From positions 57,226,001 through 57,290,000 of the forward strand of contig CM060731.1 of assembly GCA_030704615.1 (NCBI GenBank): a DNA stretch of 64,000 nucleotides, written 5' to 3'. Under the pieces are notes generated by a model. That model was not told the origin of the DNA. It worked only from the letters and a program-made list of their open reading frames with translations, and searched no databases. The stretch comes from Takakia lepidozioides. Lineage: Eukaryota > Plantae > Bryophyta. Both the position numbers and the translations under genes were made by a program. Below are positions 51,701 through 64,000 of the stretch, piece by piece (position 1 is the stretch's first letter; each line of letters starts with the position of its first letter).

Positions 51701-52696
51701 AAGCCTCGCGTAGGACCAGTTGCACGAAGCACATAAAAAATATTATATCAAATGCAGGTGAAGCATGAGGGCAAGTTGCAAGAAGTGAATGCACTACTTA
51801 CAGAGTTGCAAGCAGTACATGAGAGGATGACCATACAATGTGTTACACTCACAACTACTCTTGAGCAAACTGCATTAGAAGTTAACAGACAAGGGGAGAG
51901 ATGTATGAAGGCAAAGGAAGAGAATGTCGAGCAGGCGAAACTCATTGTTGATATGAAGAATACAATCTGTTGCAATGAGAATACTTTCAAGCAATACAGA
52001 CAGGTTGAAACTGACCAAGAGAGGTACATCCTGGAATTGTAACAAACGGTCATGGTAAATAGAAATGAACTCTCTGTGGCTAACAAGGTTTGGAAGGAAG
52101 CCAATAATCTGGCTGCTGCCTATGCGAGTTTGGTTGAACCTCATGCGAAGCGCATGGAGGCTTTACAGCAGTTAGATGTGTACAGGCTCACAGAGGAGCA
52201 GACTCTCAGGGGTGCCACACGCAACTTGGTGGATAACCACCTTATGCAGGTCTGCTTAGCACAAGGGCCAGTGGAAGGCAAAGCACCACGGAAGCTCACC
52301 CAGGGCGAGATGAATGAGCTCAGACTGCAGGTGCAGAACATTGCCACAACTACTATAGACAATGTCTATAGTAGGATAGTGGAGCTACAGGAGGATGTAG
52401 AAGGCCTACAGACTCAGGTGGATGACCTAAGTTCAAATATTGACAAGAGAGTCTTTGTACCTGAGGAGCAGCTGATGGCTACTTATTTACAGGCCAGAAC
52501 TCTAATTTTTCAGTCTTCTTTGCAAGGGGTGCAGGAGATGCCAGTGGTAGAAGGGCCAGTGCTACCAATACCACAACAAGTGACTATGCAGGTAGCTGAC
52601 CCTGTTGTTACTACAGCCACACCATAGCCTGAGGTATGGGGGGATGCTGCTTTTAACCCACCTAAGACTCCTGCTGCACGAGAGTACAGTCGGGGA
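48717..52696 (+). mobile_element. 3' part of a second, opposite-orientation Tat/Ogre-like element: integrase C-terminus, CACAGC repeats, long degenerate extra ORF
   Basis: KYTPFQLVYGMEALLPVEF...KLKSPWK*PY...VNANKL at 48720-49140; 30-bp repeats 49280-49430; stop-broken coiled-coil-rich ORF ~50170-52627. Confidence 0.8.
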
Positions 52697-53049
52697 GGTT
52701 AGCTATTTCATGAGCATGAGCGGCATGAGCGGAGTAGTAAGACAACGGTTTTCATGAGCAGAAGTACAAATTTCGAAAATAAAAAACAATAAAAAACATT
52801 AATTTAATGCAATGTGTCAGGAAAAACAAATATATTATTCGGCCCCTCGAAGGGAAAATTGTAGTTTTGACAGTTGTGCTCATGATATTTCGTCTTCCGC
52901 TCATGCCAATTCCCAGCGACATGTGCAAATATGGCGCCGAATTTCACGGTAATAGGGTCCGTAATCTGAAAAAACGGCGACGTACTTCGCGGTAATAGGT
53001 CTCTCTGGCGAAAAATGGTGCCGAATTCCGCGGCTATAGGTCCCCTCAT

Positions 53050-53362
53050 GACAAGTAATTCGGCGCCATTTTTCCAGTGCATGTTCGGACTTAGCCAGTT
53101 TTCGGCGCAAAATAGGGAAATTCGGCGCCATTTTTCCAGACACTGTACCAGTGCATGTTGGGACTTAGCCAGTTTTCGGCCCAAAAAAGAGAAATTCGGC
53201 GCCATTTTTCCAGACACGGTACCAGTGCATGTTGGGACTTAGCCAGTTTTCGGCCCAAAAAAGAGAAATTCGGCGCCATTTCCCAGACACAGGTACCAGT
53301 GCATGTTGGGACTTAGCCAGTTTTCGGCCCCAAAAAGAGAAATTCGGCGCCATTTTTCCAGA
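53050..53362. repeat. 74-bp tandem repeat x~4 containing GAAATTCGGCGCC
   Basis: Units at ~53117, 53191, 53265 and 53339. Confidence 0.9.
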
Positions 53363-53517
53363 AATGGCCCCACAACTGCTTCTGTTGGATCTCAGTTTGA
53401 ATGGAATATTGCCTCATTCCAGGAGTTTTGGGGTGCATTTCATTACACTGCAAAAAAAATGTCTGATACAGCAAAATTCAATTGAAAATATCCATATGGA
53501 GGATTCCCTTTGCCCCA

Positions 53518-55535
53518 TCAATGATTTCTGGAATCCCTAAGGAGGAGTTTGTACAGCTCGTTCACGCTCAACGCCGGTGCATGAATAAAGTCATCAATAG
53601 TCACGTTCATCCTTAACCTCTTCAGGTAAATGTAATACAGATGCTTGCACGGATAATACTTCGAACCCTTCTTTGCTTCCATCAACGAGAAGTTCGTACA
53701 ATTGCAAGTCAGCTCCACTCCAATCGTAATTGTGTATACATCGTCGCGTACAGCCGAGCCGGCCGTTGCCATCCGATACACACGCCCAAGGCCGGGTGGG
53801 GGTACGTCCACGGAGCTCTGAATAGTGCAAGCCATCCCAAGAGCATTGGCAATCCGAGTCTCATTCAACTTGTTGGGAGGGTGTCGTCTCTTCACTCTTC
53901 CGAATCGCATTGTGGGATGTGCAGAATTGTCCAATCCGTCTCTACTGGACCGAGCAGTCTACAATGGCTGGGTCTGAGGAACCGGAAATGCGTGGGGCGG
54001 GATGTCTGTGCGTTGCACCATTCAAAATCCTACTGCAGATAGAGCATCCGCCTCATTCTGAGAGAGGCTGCAACCCGGTGCAACAGGCCAGACGCCCGGA
54101 GGCTCCGGCATTCCCTGAATCCCGTACTTGGACTTGCCAAATACACAGGTCATTATGTCGTGCCTACAGAACCAAAATGTCTGCGTTGTGGCGTGAGCAA
54201 ATGTGGGAGTAAAAAATCTGCCGTTGAAGCAAGGTGCAGGTACAGCACCGTGTGGGTTTCTCCGAATCATCTCACCACAGCGTGCTCTTGTATCCACCCG
54301 GATGGCGCAGCACTTCCCTCGAAATGCCGACAATGTTCTCGCAATTCTCCACTGTGATTCCGACACTCTTGTTTCCACAATGGGAATGTTGTACTGCTTT
54401 ACTACAGATGGCTCGTTATGTTGCCGGGGCACGCGCCCTATGCTCAAAGGAGATGGCAATCTTGAACGTGCAGGACTTGCGGTGCTCGACGAGACCTCCT
54501 CGGGCAACATCACCGGACCACGAGGGAGCGTGCGAATATTCTTGTCAGCTCGCCATGAATCCTCTTCTCCGCCAGGTGCCTCGTCAAGTCTTCGTCTCAC
54601 TGGACGGGTATGAACATCTCCTTCCAAATGTTGGCCTCTTTGAAGCAATGGCGTGTCCCGAAGACCCCCTCGCAAGGCCGCCGCCCACTTCCGAGGATTC
54701 TTCGATGTAGAGGCAGTCCGCATCCGCATTTCCTGCCTGTCCGGCCCCAAGCCCCACTGTTTCCCTTTCAAGAACTCGTTGTACCTGCTTTGCTGCATAA
54801 TTGACCTCACAATGTCCTCCGTTGTGGCAGTGAGGATGTCCACCAGATGCGCCGCAGAGGAGGCACGCAAGGAAGAGTGCACTGATTCGGCCATGTTTGT
54901 CGTGGGCATGTCGGTGTCGGAGTCGAGACACATTTCCTGCACAAGCACATGTTGAGGTTACAAGCAAGTTACAAATATGGCCAAGAATAATATTCAACGG
55001 GACGCGAATTCGTGCAACTCACCTCCCGTATATAGTCGCCGAACTGGAGGAAACGATAATGCCACCATGCTAGCCAACTGACCATTGCTCCCTCGTCTGA
55101 TTTCCTTACAGCACCTGACGATGTCCACCAAGCCCGTATACATGCAAACTGTGTCTCTGCATCATCCAAGGTGGGAGCGCGCTTCCACGCAAGGCACATG
55201 GAACGGTGCTCCTCTCTGAAATCTGGCGCCACGAGCCTGGTTGTGTACTGCAAAAGGCTCTGCAGAAAATGGAACCCACAAGATCTCTCCTTGCCTTCCA
55301 TGGGAACATTGGGGTCTTGCCCGTACACCCTTCGGATGGCAGCCCAATTTGCTTGTACGTTGTCTGCCATGAAACCACGGAAATTGGGAGGGGGCAATCC
55401 CGCCTTGGCCATCTGTTCGTTTATTCCCTGCCAAAGAAGCATCTCCAATTGTGTGTCCTCTCCTTTCATCTCACAAATAGCAATTGTCATTAGCATCCTG
55501 CAGTGGGTGTCGTAGACATGTGCACCCATTGTCAA
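53518..55535 (-). mobile_element. MULE-like DDE transposase C-terminal half with SWIM finger (intron 55022-54937, two in-frame stops)
   Basis: GFMADNVQAN, CGFH (CxxH), TTNMAESVH, SWIM TCNCTNF...PCKHLYY. Confidence 0.75.
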
Positions 55536-56305
55536 CATAAAAACCTCCGCGGATGGAAAAACGGCGCCGAATTTCCATCTGAGGCCTTTCGGATGCAGTC
55601 GGCTCGGGGGAAAGGCCGCCATCTGCCCCTCACATTACAACCCCCGGACGGAAATTCGGCACCGAATATACAACAGGGGAAGCCCGGATGAAGTCGCCTC
55701 GGGCGCAGAGGCCGGCGCGTGTGCGACAGAGAATATCCCCTGGATGGAGATTCGGCGTCGAATTTCCATCCGGGGCGGTTCGGATGCAGTCGGGGAGTGG
55801 GGAGAGGCCAGCACCTGGCCGTCACATTTCAACCCCCGGACGGAAATTCGGCACCGAATATCCAACAGGGGACGCCCGGATGAAATCGCCTCAGGCGTAG
55901 AGGCCGGCACGTGTTCGACAGAGAGCATCCCCTGGATGGAGATTTGGCGCCGAATTTCCATCCGGGCCCCCCCAAAGGAAGTCGTGTCAGGGGGTCAGGC
56001 CGAAAACTGGCCGACATAAAAACCTCCCCAGGTGGAAAAACGGCGCCGAATTTCCATCCGGGGCCGTTCCAATGCAGTCGGGGAGGGGGGAGAGGCCGAC
56101 ACCTGGCCGTCATATTTCAACCCCCGGACGGAAATTCGGCACCGAATATCCAACAGAGCGGCGGAGAGGCCGGCACCTCTCCGACAGGGACCATCCCCCG
56201 GATGGAAATTCGGCGCCGAATTTCCATCGGGGCCCCCTCAAAGGAAGTCGTAAAAACCTCCCAGAATGGAAAAACGGCGCCGAATTTCCGTCCGAGGCTG
56301 TTCCG
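55536..56305. repeat. Left arm of a long inverted repeat built from palindrome-containing subunits
   Basis: Reverse complement of 59610-60479; core GATGGAAATTCGGCGCCGAATTTCCATC. Confidence 0.9.
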
Positions 56306-56559
56306 ATTTGCCTCTAGCAGTCAAGGATTCCAAGAAAAACGTGTCTACAAGTGCATTTCAGCCACAAAACAAACAGTTAGGTTTGTTTTTCTCCGAAAAA
56401 TCAATCGGACACGCTCAGAATTACCTGCAGGAAGGTAATTCAGCGCTTCGAAATACCTGGCGAATGGAAATTCGGCGCCGAATATCCATACGCCAACGAT
56501 CCAACTTACCTGCTGGATGGAAATTCGGCGCCGGATTCCATCCATCCGGGATTCGAATT

Positions 56560-57330
56560 ACCTGCAGGATGGAAATCCGGCGCCGGATTTCCATCCATCC
56601 GCCTCCGAATTACCTGCGTGAGGGAAATTCGCGCGCCGCCCTACCTGCGCGGACGGAAATCCGGCGCCGGATTTCCATCCATCCGCCTCCGAATTACCTG
56701 CGTGAGGGAAATTTCGCGCGCCGCTCTACCTGCGCGGACGGAGATCCGGCGCCGGATTTCCATCCATCCGCCTCCGAATTATCTGCGTGAGGGAAATTTC
56801 GCACGCCGCTCTACCTTGCAGGATGGAAATCCGGCGCTGAATTTCCATCCTGCTTGGCTCCGAATTACCTGCGTGAGGGAAATTTCACGCGCCGCCCTAC
56901 CTGCGCGGATGGAAATCCGGCGCCGGATTTCCATCCATCCGCCTCCGAATTACCTGCGTGAGGGAAATTTCGCGCGCCGCCCTACCTGCGCGGATGGAAA
57001 TCCGGCGCCGGATTTCCATCCATCCGCCTCCGCATTACTTGCGTGAGGGAAATTTCGCGCGCCGCTCTACCTGCGCGGATGGAAATCCGGCGCCGGATTT
57101 CCATCCATCCGCTTCTGAATTACCTGCGTGAGGGAAATTTCGCGCGCCGCCTTACTGCGCGGATGGAAATCCGGCGCCGGATTTCTATCCATCCGCTTCT
57201 GAATTATCTGCGTGAGGGAAATTTCGCGCGCCGCCCTACCTTGCAGGATGGAAATTCGGCGCTGAATTTCCATCCTGCTGCGCTCTGAATTACCTGCAGG
57301 ATGGAAATCCGGCGCCGGATTTCCATCCTG
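56560..57330. repeat. 85-bp tandem repeat x~9 whose consensus carries the 30-bp palindrome GGATGGAAATCCGGCGCCGGATTTCCATCC
   Basis: Units e.g. at 56907 and 56992. Confidence 0.95.
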
Positions 57331-57959
57331 CAGCGCTCCGAATTACCTCTACGTTGGAAATTCCGGGCCGAGTTCCGTCGTTTTTCATCCGACATGGAGG
57401 GCTTCATCCGACATTTAATTGCGCATTGGGCAATAAATGTCCACCGCCGTCCGTTTTCATTCGGGCTGGCGACACATGGCTTCCTGGATATGTAACCTAA
57501 ATCTGATGCTAATCTTGGCTTAACATGCTATTCGAGGCATGTACCCCAAAAACGGAGATCTTTTTCCATTTTGGCTGGGACTTATGCCGCCTGAAGGGCG
57601 TGGCTCTCCTGAGAGAGACCTCACATCCAGACCGCGGCGGAAGTTGAAAGCTCTGTAATACGGACGACGGCCAATCTCTCGCATGGCCAAACTGAAGCTT
57701 CAGCAGGAGATTCCAATGTCTTGCTCACAACCCGCGCCAACTCAAGCCGAGTACTCTCAGGCAAGCCACTTCTGCTTTCGCTTTGTTCAATTTCGCTTTC
57801 GCTTTCGCTTTGTTGCCTCGCTTTGTTTTTGCATCTTCATCCTGGCTTCGCTGGATGAGTGAACCTTAGATTGTTTGCAATGCGTGTGCAAATCCGGCAG
57901 CTCTGGAGAAGGCTGCTTGTGCATGTCATTCTCAGGCAATGGTTGCATTTGCTGCTTAC

Positions 57960-58475
57960 CCCTTAAAGGCAAGATTTGAGCGAAGCATTGCTGACACAAA
58001 CATCTATGTGAAAAAGATGGGAGAGCAATTTGTGGTCATAGCTCTATATGTGGATGACACAATCATTGTCACCAACGATCATCAAAGGTTGTTGTCAGAA
58101 ACCAAAGCACTGTTGAGTACTGAGTTTGCCATCACTGACATGGGTGAGATTTGGTTCTGTCTTGGTATTCAAATCAGCAGAGATCGATTGAACCATACAG
58201 TATTCATGCATCAACGACAATACATTGAGACAATTCTACAAAGGTTTAAGTTGGAGATGAGTAAGCCAACATCAACTTCTCTCGAAGTTGGTTTGAAACT
58301 TACGAAGGATATGGCACCTAAGACTCAAGAAGAGCAAGAAGATATGAGGAAAACTCCTTATCAAAGCGCAGTCGGCAGTTTGATGTTTGCATGGTTTATA
58401 CTAGGCCAGATATTGCACATTCAGTGGGAGTGGTCTCACAATTTCTTTCAAATCCTGGACAAACCCACATGGATA
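57960..58475 (+). mobile_element. Ty1/copia reverse transcriptase fragment
   Basis: ALYVDDTII, TDMGEIWFCLGIQI, PYQSAVGSLM. Confidence 0.9.
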
Positions 58476-59255
58476 CGGTAATAGTTGTCTGGCACATTTG
58501 CTTTCGGAAATCCAGCAATATATCCCACATCTGCCCAAGGATCAAACAATAACACCTTGTCGCCGATCTGAAACTGCAACAAAAACCAGATTCCTATATC
58601 AGAAATGAACCCTGGAGAACAGAGACTGACAGCTTGGCACTCCTGCAAAATGCATCCTCGTTCTTCCAACAAACACCCCAACCCTACCTATTGTAGTACT
58701 TCCAATTCTGAATTGCATTTGCCTGTCTCTATACTCCATGCTGACATGATCAAAGGTGGAACGGTGCCATACCTAGTTGATAGCAGGTTCTGCATGGTCA
58801 ACATGGATGTGGTAGGACGATGTCACAAAACTACCTTTGTAGGTTGTCAATCCTGCAGCTACACAGCGATACATAGGGGGTGTATTGATCCAGCATCAGA
58901 CAAGGAAACAAAAGAGGACAAAGGAAATACTTACACTGTGCGGATTTTGTTGGTCACCCCATGGTTCAGTTACATCCACTGTGGTTGTAGTCTGATTGAT
59001 AGCACATATTGTGCTTTCCCTGCCCATTGAACGCTTCACTGGTTTCACCATCTGCATATTGAATGACACATGATCAAAAAATGAGAATAGCACGAATGAC
59101 ACACATTGTGAAGTAACATTAACAATACAAATCCACCCACGCGCCCAAGCATTGAATCTTTTGCTCGCACCTTTCTTTGATTATGCTTTGTTGCTGCATC
59201 GGGAGGCAAATGACCAAACAAAAGACAATTATCATTTCCAGAGATGTGATATTCC

Positions 59256-59609
59256 ATGAGGATAGTAATGACACAACTGTTGCCACCAGACAATTGCCTG
59301 CCAAAGTCCCACTATGAGGCAAAACAACTCATAATGGAACTTGGGCTTCATTACGAGAGTATACATGCATGTCCGAAAGGCTGTGTGTTGTTCAGAATGG
59401 AGCTTCAAAATTTGGAGGTTTGTCCAAAATGTCAGGCACGTCGCGTTATGTGGTGGGTACAAAGACACCGGTACCTTGTAAGGTTCTTCGACATTTCCCT
59501 ATCATTCCAAGGCTGCTTCGAATGTATAAAACCAAGTCCATCTCAGAGTTAATGTCATGGCACTTTAAGAATCGAAGTCAGGATGGCTTGGTTAGGCACC
59601 CAGCAGAAA
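59256..59609 (+). mobile_element. CACTA TnpD transposase fragment
   Basis: LLPPDNCLPKSHYEAK, IHACPKGCVLF, CPKC, KVLRHFPIIPRL, RHPA. Confidence 0.85.
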
Positions 59610-60660
59610 GCGGAACAGCCTCGGACGGAAATTCGGCGCCGTTTTTCCATTCTGGGAGGTTTCTACGACTTCCTTTGAGGGGGCCCCAATGGAAATTCGG
59701 CGCCGAATTTCCATCCGAGGGATGGTCTCTGTCGGAGAGGTGCCGGCCTCTCCGCCGCTCTGTTGGATATTTGGTGACGAATTTCCGTCCGGGGGTTGAA
59801 ATATGACGGCCAGGTGCCGGCCTCTCCCCCCTCCCTGACTGCATTGGAACGGCCCCGGATGGAAATTCGGCGCCGTTTTTCCATCTGGGGAGGTTTTTAT
59901 GTCGGCCAGTTTTCGGCCTGACCCCCCGACACGACTTCCTTTGGGGGGGCCCGGATGGAAATTCGGCGCCGAATCTCCATCCAGGGGATGCTCTTTGTCG
60001 AACACGTGCCGGCCTCTACGCCCGAGGCGACTTCATCCGGGCGTCCCCTGTTGGATATTCGGTGCCGAATTTCCGTCCGGGGGTTGAAATGTGACGGCCA
60101 GGTGCCGGCCTCTCCCCCCTCCCCGACTGCATCCGAACCGCCCCGGATGGAAATTCGGCGCCGTTTTTCCATCTGGGGATGTTTTTATTGCGGCCAGTTT
60201 TCGGCCTGACCCCCCGACACGACTTCCTTTGGGGGGGGCCCGGATGAAAATTCGGCGCCGAATCTCCATCCAGGGGATATTCTCTGTCGCACACGTGCCG
60301 GCCTCTGCGCCTGAGGCGACTTCATCCGGGCTTCCCCTGTTGTATATTCGGTGCCGAATTTCCGTCCGGGGGTTGTAATGTGAGGGGCAGATGGCGGCCT
60401 TTCCCCCGAGCCGACTGCATCCGAAAGGCCTCGGATGGAAATTCGGCGCCGTTTTTCCATCCGTGGAGGTCTTTATGTCGGCCAGTTTTCGGCCTGACCC
60501 CCCGACAGGACTTCCTTTGGGGGATCCGAATGGAAATTCGGCGCTGAATTTCCATCCGGGGGATGTTCTCTGTCGGACAGGTGCCGGCATCTCTGCCCCA
60601 GAGGACTTCATCCGTGTGGCCCCTGTTGGATATTGGGTGCCGAATTTCCATTCGAGGGTA
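59610..60660. repeat. Right arm of the palindrome-array inverted repeat (leader of the second MULE-like copy)
   Basis: Matches the reverse complement of 55536-56305, with extra subunits. Confidence 0.9.
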
Positions 60661-60954
60661 GTAATGTGACGGCACGGTGCCGGCTTCTCCCCTTCAGCCG
60701 ACATCATCCGGACGGCCCCCACTTTCTGACTGCATACCGTTGGCAGTTATTGCGCAAAGACCAGGGGCCGCATTCCGGAGACAAGGTTCATTAACACTCT
60801 GACTGTGGATTTTTGAGATAGTTGGCTCCCAAGATTTGGATCAGGCTTCGTCGCTCGGACAAATCGGCACCGCATTCCTTCCCATCGCTGCATCCCCCTT
60901 CTACCAGGGAGCTTCCCCGCACGCCATCCTGGCAGTCTTGTGTGCACATCTTCC

Positions 60955-62015
60955 ATGGCGGAAAACCCGAGCGCTACAGTGTACTGCCCTCCTCACGAGC
61001 ATAGAGCTTCATTTCTGTGCAGAGGGGACATCTGCCGAGTGATGGAGAAATATCTGTGCGTTCGATACCACCTGAAACCGGGGTCAGTTTTTTTGGAGGA
61101 GGAAAGGAAGGACTCAAACGGCCTTGTTGTCGAGAGTATGGTTGTGCTCCACGATGATTTCGGCGATGGCAGGGAATGGCGAGTTCCACCATCGGACAGC
61201 GTCATATACAGGGCTGTTGGGGACTTCATTTGCCCGCCAAATGCACCTTCTATCCTGGCGCCTTCCACGAAACAATCCGCGAATCAGAGAGTGGCTACCT
61301 CAAAGAGAGAAGTCCGCAACGAAGTCAATCCAGAGCCGAACCCATCCATGAAGACGAGCGAGAACCGGGTTGTTCACAACCTGTCCGACTCAGACGAGGT
61401 CATGGAAGTTCCGAGGTCGTCCTGGAGATCAGGCAAGTCCTCAATGGACGTCAGTGGAGGATGGAGTCATATTCCCAGCACGAGCACCGCAGTTCGATCT
61501 ATTCTTGAAATTCTGCGAGGGCTTCACCTGGAGGGACACCGGTCGGAGCTGGCCGGGCTGGACTACAGCAAGTTCGCAATTAAATCGGTTACATGCCTTC
61601 CCGCCGACGTCGACGGTAATATCTTCTTTGAGTTCCCTCCTCGGGCGGACTACTCGAGGGCGTCCGGAATGTTGACAGATATGGATAGAAAATATGACGG
61701 TCATCCTTGGTGCGTTACCAAAACCACCAGCATGAAGATGCTCGATGGTGTGCGGGTGCGCTACGTTGTTTGTGCGGGCGCGTTGCGGTGTTTCTCCCCA
61801 ACTTGCTTCCACTTTAAATCCAGAGGTCACAGGAACGAGACCGATTGGACAGGCACAGCTCATCAACCATTTCGAGCTCAGGAGAAGGTTCCGAACTCCA
61901 CATTTAAGTGTGCGCATTGCAAAGAACTACCACACTGCATGTCTGTTTGTAATGCCAAGCAGTTCTATGTGTTGCACCGTTTCCCTGACCTCACCCGAGC
62001 TTGCATACACGTTGG
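60955..62015 (+). mobile_element. N-terminal part of a MULE-like transposase with a GCM-like Cys/His domain
   Basis: DRKYDGHPWCVTKTT, CAGALRC...C, CAHC, C...C, ACIHVG. Follows the same leader array as the minus-strand C-terminal half. Confidence 0.6.
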
Positions 62016-63119
62016 TTCCCTTCTTTCACCCGTCGTTTGCTCCGATGCAGCACTTGTTTTGTCGCGATATTTCATCGCTGTACAGATTGTTTCCTCCAAT
62101 TGCCAAGACTCCTCGCCACGTGCTCCTACTAGACTTGAAAGGCGGGAGAATAGAGAGATTGCAATCTGGGACTGGAACAGTCACCATGTATTGTTTCGAA
62201 CAGTGCATGTTGTCATTACTGGTACCGAATTGGCAGCCTAACTCGCTGTCGATGCAGCTCCCTACGGTCATTTTGACGCCAGAGCTCCTCCATGGTTGTC
62301 TCAGACATAATCTAAATTCCTACGTGCTTTACCAGCGATTCCCAGATAACTCACAAACTACCCTGCTTTGGCAGTACATTGCCTAAACTGTCTGCGTTAA
62401 GATCAAAAACGATTTGAAAAGAAATATGTACCAATACATGCATCTACACCTGCCACCCAACAACAGGAGGGTATACTGCATGTGGAAATCAACGAAGGGG
62501 ACGACAAAGCCCTGGACACCGATTTCGCATGTGAGTAAGTTGATTTTCTGTTAGCATCCAATTTCTCCCACGAAAATGGCCCCCCCTTTCTCATTCATGG
62601 TAGCTAATGCAATTGTGGTACTTTGGATGACAGGATATTATTCCTTTGGTCGACGTCTCTGTTCTTCACAGTGACTTGTGGTGCAGCCCTCCACATTCAT
62701 ACATCCTACCCAACTACGCGGAGGCCATTGCTCGTCAACAGAGTTTCATGTTATCTCCCCCATGTGCTCGGAAGCACCTCAGACACCTCGGACCTCAGGT
62801 TTACGTCGATGATACTGCACAAGTTTCAGGGGATAGTTCTAGTGACTGAAATGCCAATTTCATCATTTTTGGGGATCTCGTGATGTTGTGAGTTTCAAAC
62901 ATTTTGTGTCCCTCCACAATTTTGTAATAAAATTTGTGCCTGTTCGTGGTAATGTCGTTAAAAGATGGTTTCTCATTTTCATGGCGTGTATGCATTTACA
63001 ACAGTGGCTTCTATGCACTTCATACAGTGAACAGTTATATCCTGGTTTGTAGGCTTTGATTGTAATGTACAGTAAACAGCTGTTTGTTCGAGTCTCTCAT
63101 TCGCATCATTCTGGAAATC

Positions 63120-63866
63120 TGCATGAGCAAAAGGTTTAAGGTGCAAGCCTAGGGGATGATGTATGTATTGACTCTCGGGTCCAGCGCAAGTTCAAGGGCA
63201 GCCTCCTGATGCCTTGCATTGGTTATGGGTCAAACAAGAAGACATGGCACCTAGGGGATGATTTGTGGACTCTCAGGTTGAGAGCAAGTTCAAGGGCAAC
63301 ATCCTGATGCCTAACATTGGTTATGGTTCAAACAAGAAGACAGTGCACCTAGTGGATGATGTATATTGGACTCTCGGTTTCAGCGCAAGTTCAAAGGCGG
63401 GATCCTCATGCCTAACATTGGTTATGGGTCAAACAAGAAGACAAAGGCACCTAGGGGATGATTTGTGGACTCTCGGTTTCAGCGCAAGTTCGAAGGCAAC
63501 ATCCTCATGCCTAACATTGGTTATGGGTCAAACAAGAAAACAAGGCAGTCGTATTCATCAATTTCTGTTACACAATGTTGAAAGATCCAGAATTCCTCCT
63601 CATGCACAAACGAGAGCCAAATTGATTTTGTATGTTGTTGTGTAATGGTCCTGATGAAAAACCATGAAAGTTGCAGTGCTCTCGTAAGACACATGAGCAC
63701 ATTTCTACCTCACTGGCAGGGGCAACAAGACGCATTGGACTCCAAACCATGTTTAGCGTGGTCAGGTGGTGCGTTACAGGAAGTATAGTGCTTAAATGGC
63801 TCACAATGTGTCGACGCTGAAGAGGACAGCTAAAGAGGAGCGTGCTTCACACCAGAATGTTGCAGT
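63120..63866 (+). pseudogene. RPL32: 60S ribosomal protein L32 (eL32) pseudogene with ~100-bp internal segment amplified 4x
   Basis: [23 protein letters not shown] repeated (units at 63149, 63251, 63349, 63451), then FLLHNV and AHNVSTLKR...ERA. Confidence 0.85.
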
Positions 63867-64000
63867 AAGCATTCGGAAAAAGTCACAGAATGAAAGATCA
63901 CTCTCACATCTGCTGTGTTGTCTTATTCTACGTTGCTGTCATCTGTCTATCTTTCCCCAAATGCCAGACATTCATTAAATCTTATCATGTGCTTCATGAG

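Noticed and set aside
56560-57330. CRISPR-like array of palindromic repeats
   Set aside because: The intervening sequences are near-identical rather than unique spacers, no cas genes are present, and the context is eukaryotic.
52697-57497. TIR pair GGTTA...TAACC defining the MULE-like element
   Set aside because: Only ~5 bp match clearly and there is no TSD.
55532-60722. Many ORFs with MEIRRRISI / WKFGAEFP repeats
   Set aside because: Translations of the palindromic tandem repeats, appearing on both strands.

Overview
Eukaryotic nuclear DNA from a land plant, probably a non-seed plant (bryophyte, lycophyte or fern; inferred from gene and TE content). 0-13 kb holds three spliced housekeeping genes: a CMC2-like twin-CX9C gene head-to-head with ATAD3, then CDKE/CDK8. 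13-64 kb is mostly nested, decayed TEs: Ty3/gypsy (one with a dUTPase-like domain, one Tat/Ogre-like), copia, CACTA, a GCM/SWIM MULE-like element with palindrome arrays, a Replitron-like HUH relic, hAT MITEs and a tRNA-SINE. The main finding is a duplicated ~5 kb locus. Its phase-consistent 6-exon model encodes a putative organellar targeting peptide, tandem OSB-type PDF ssDNA-binding motifs, a PLS-PPR array and an E1/E2/DYW cytidine deaminase. The two copies differ disproportionately at PPR-code residues, and copy 1 lies between ~450 bp inverted repeats. All calls come from reading the sequence by eye; no database searches were run.
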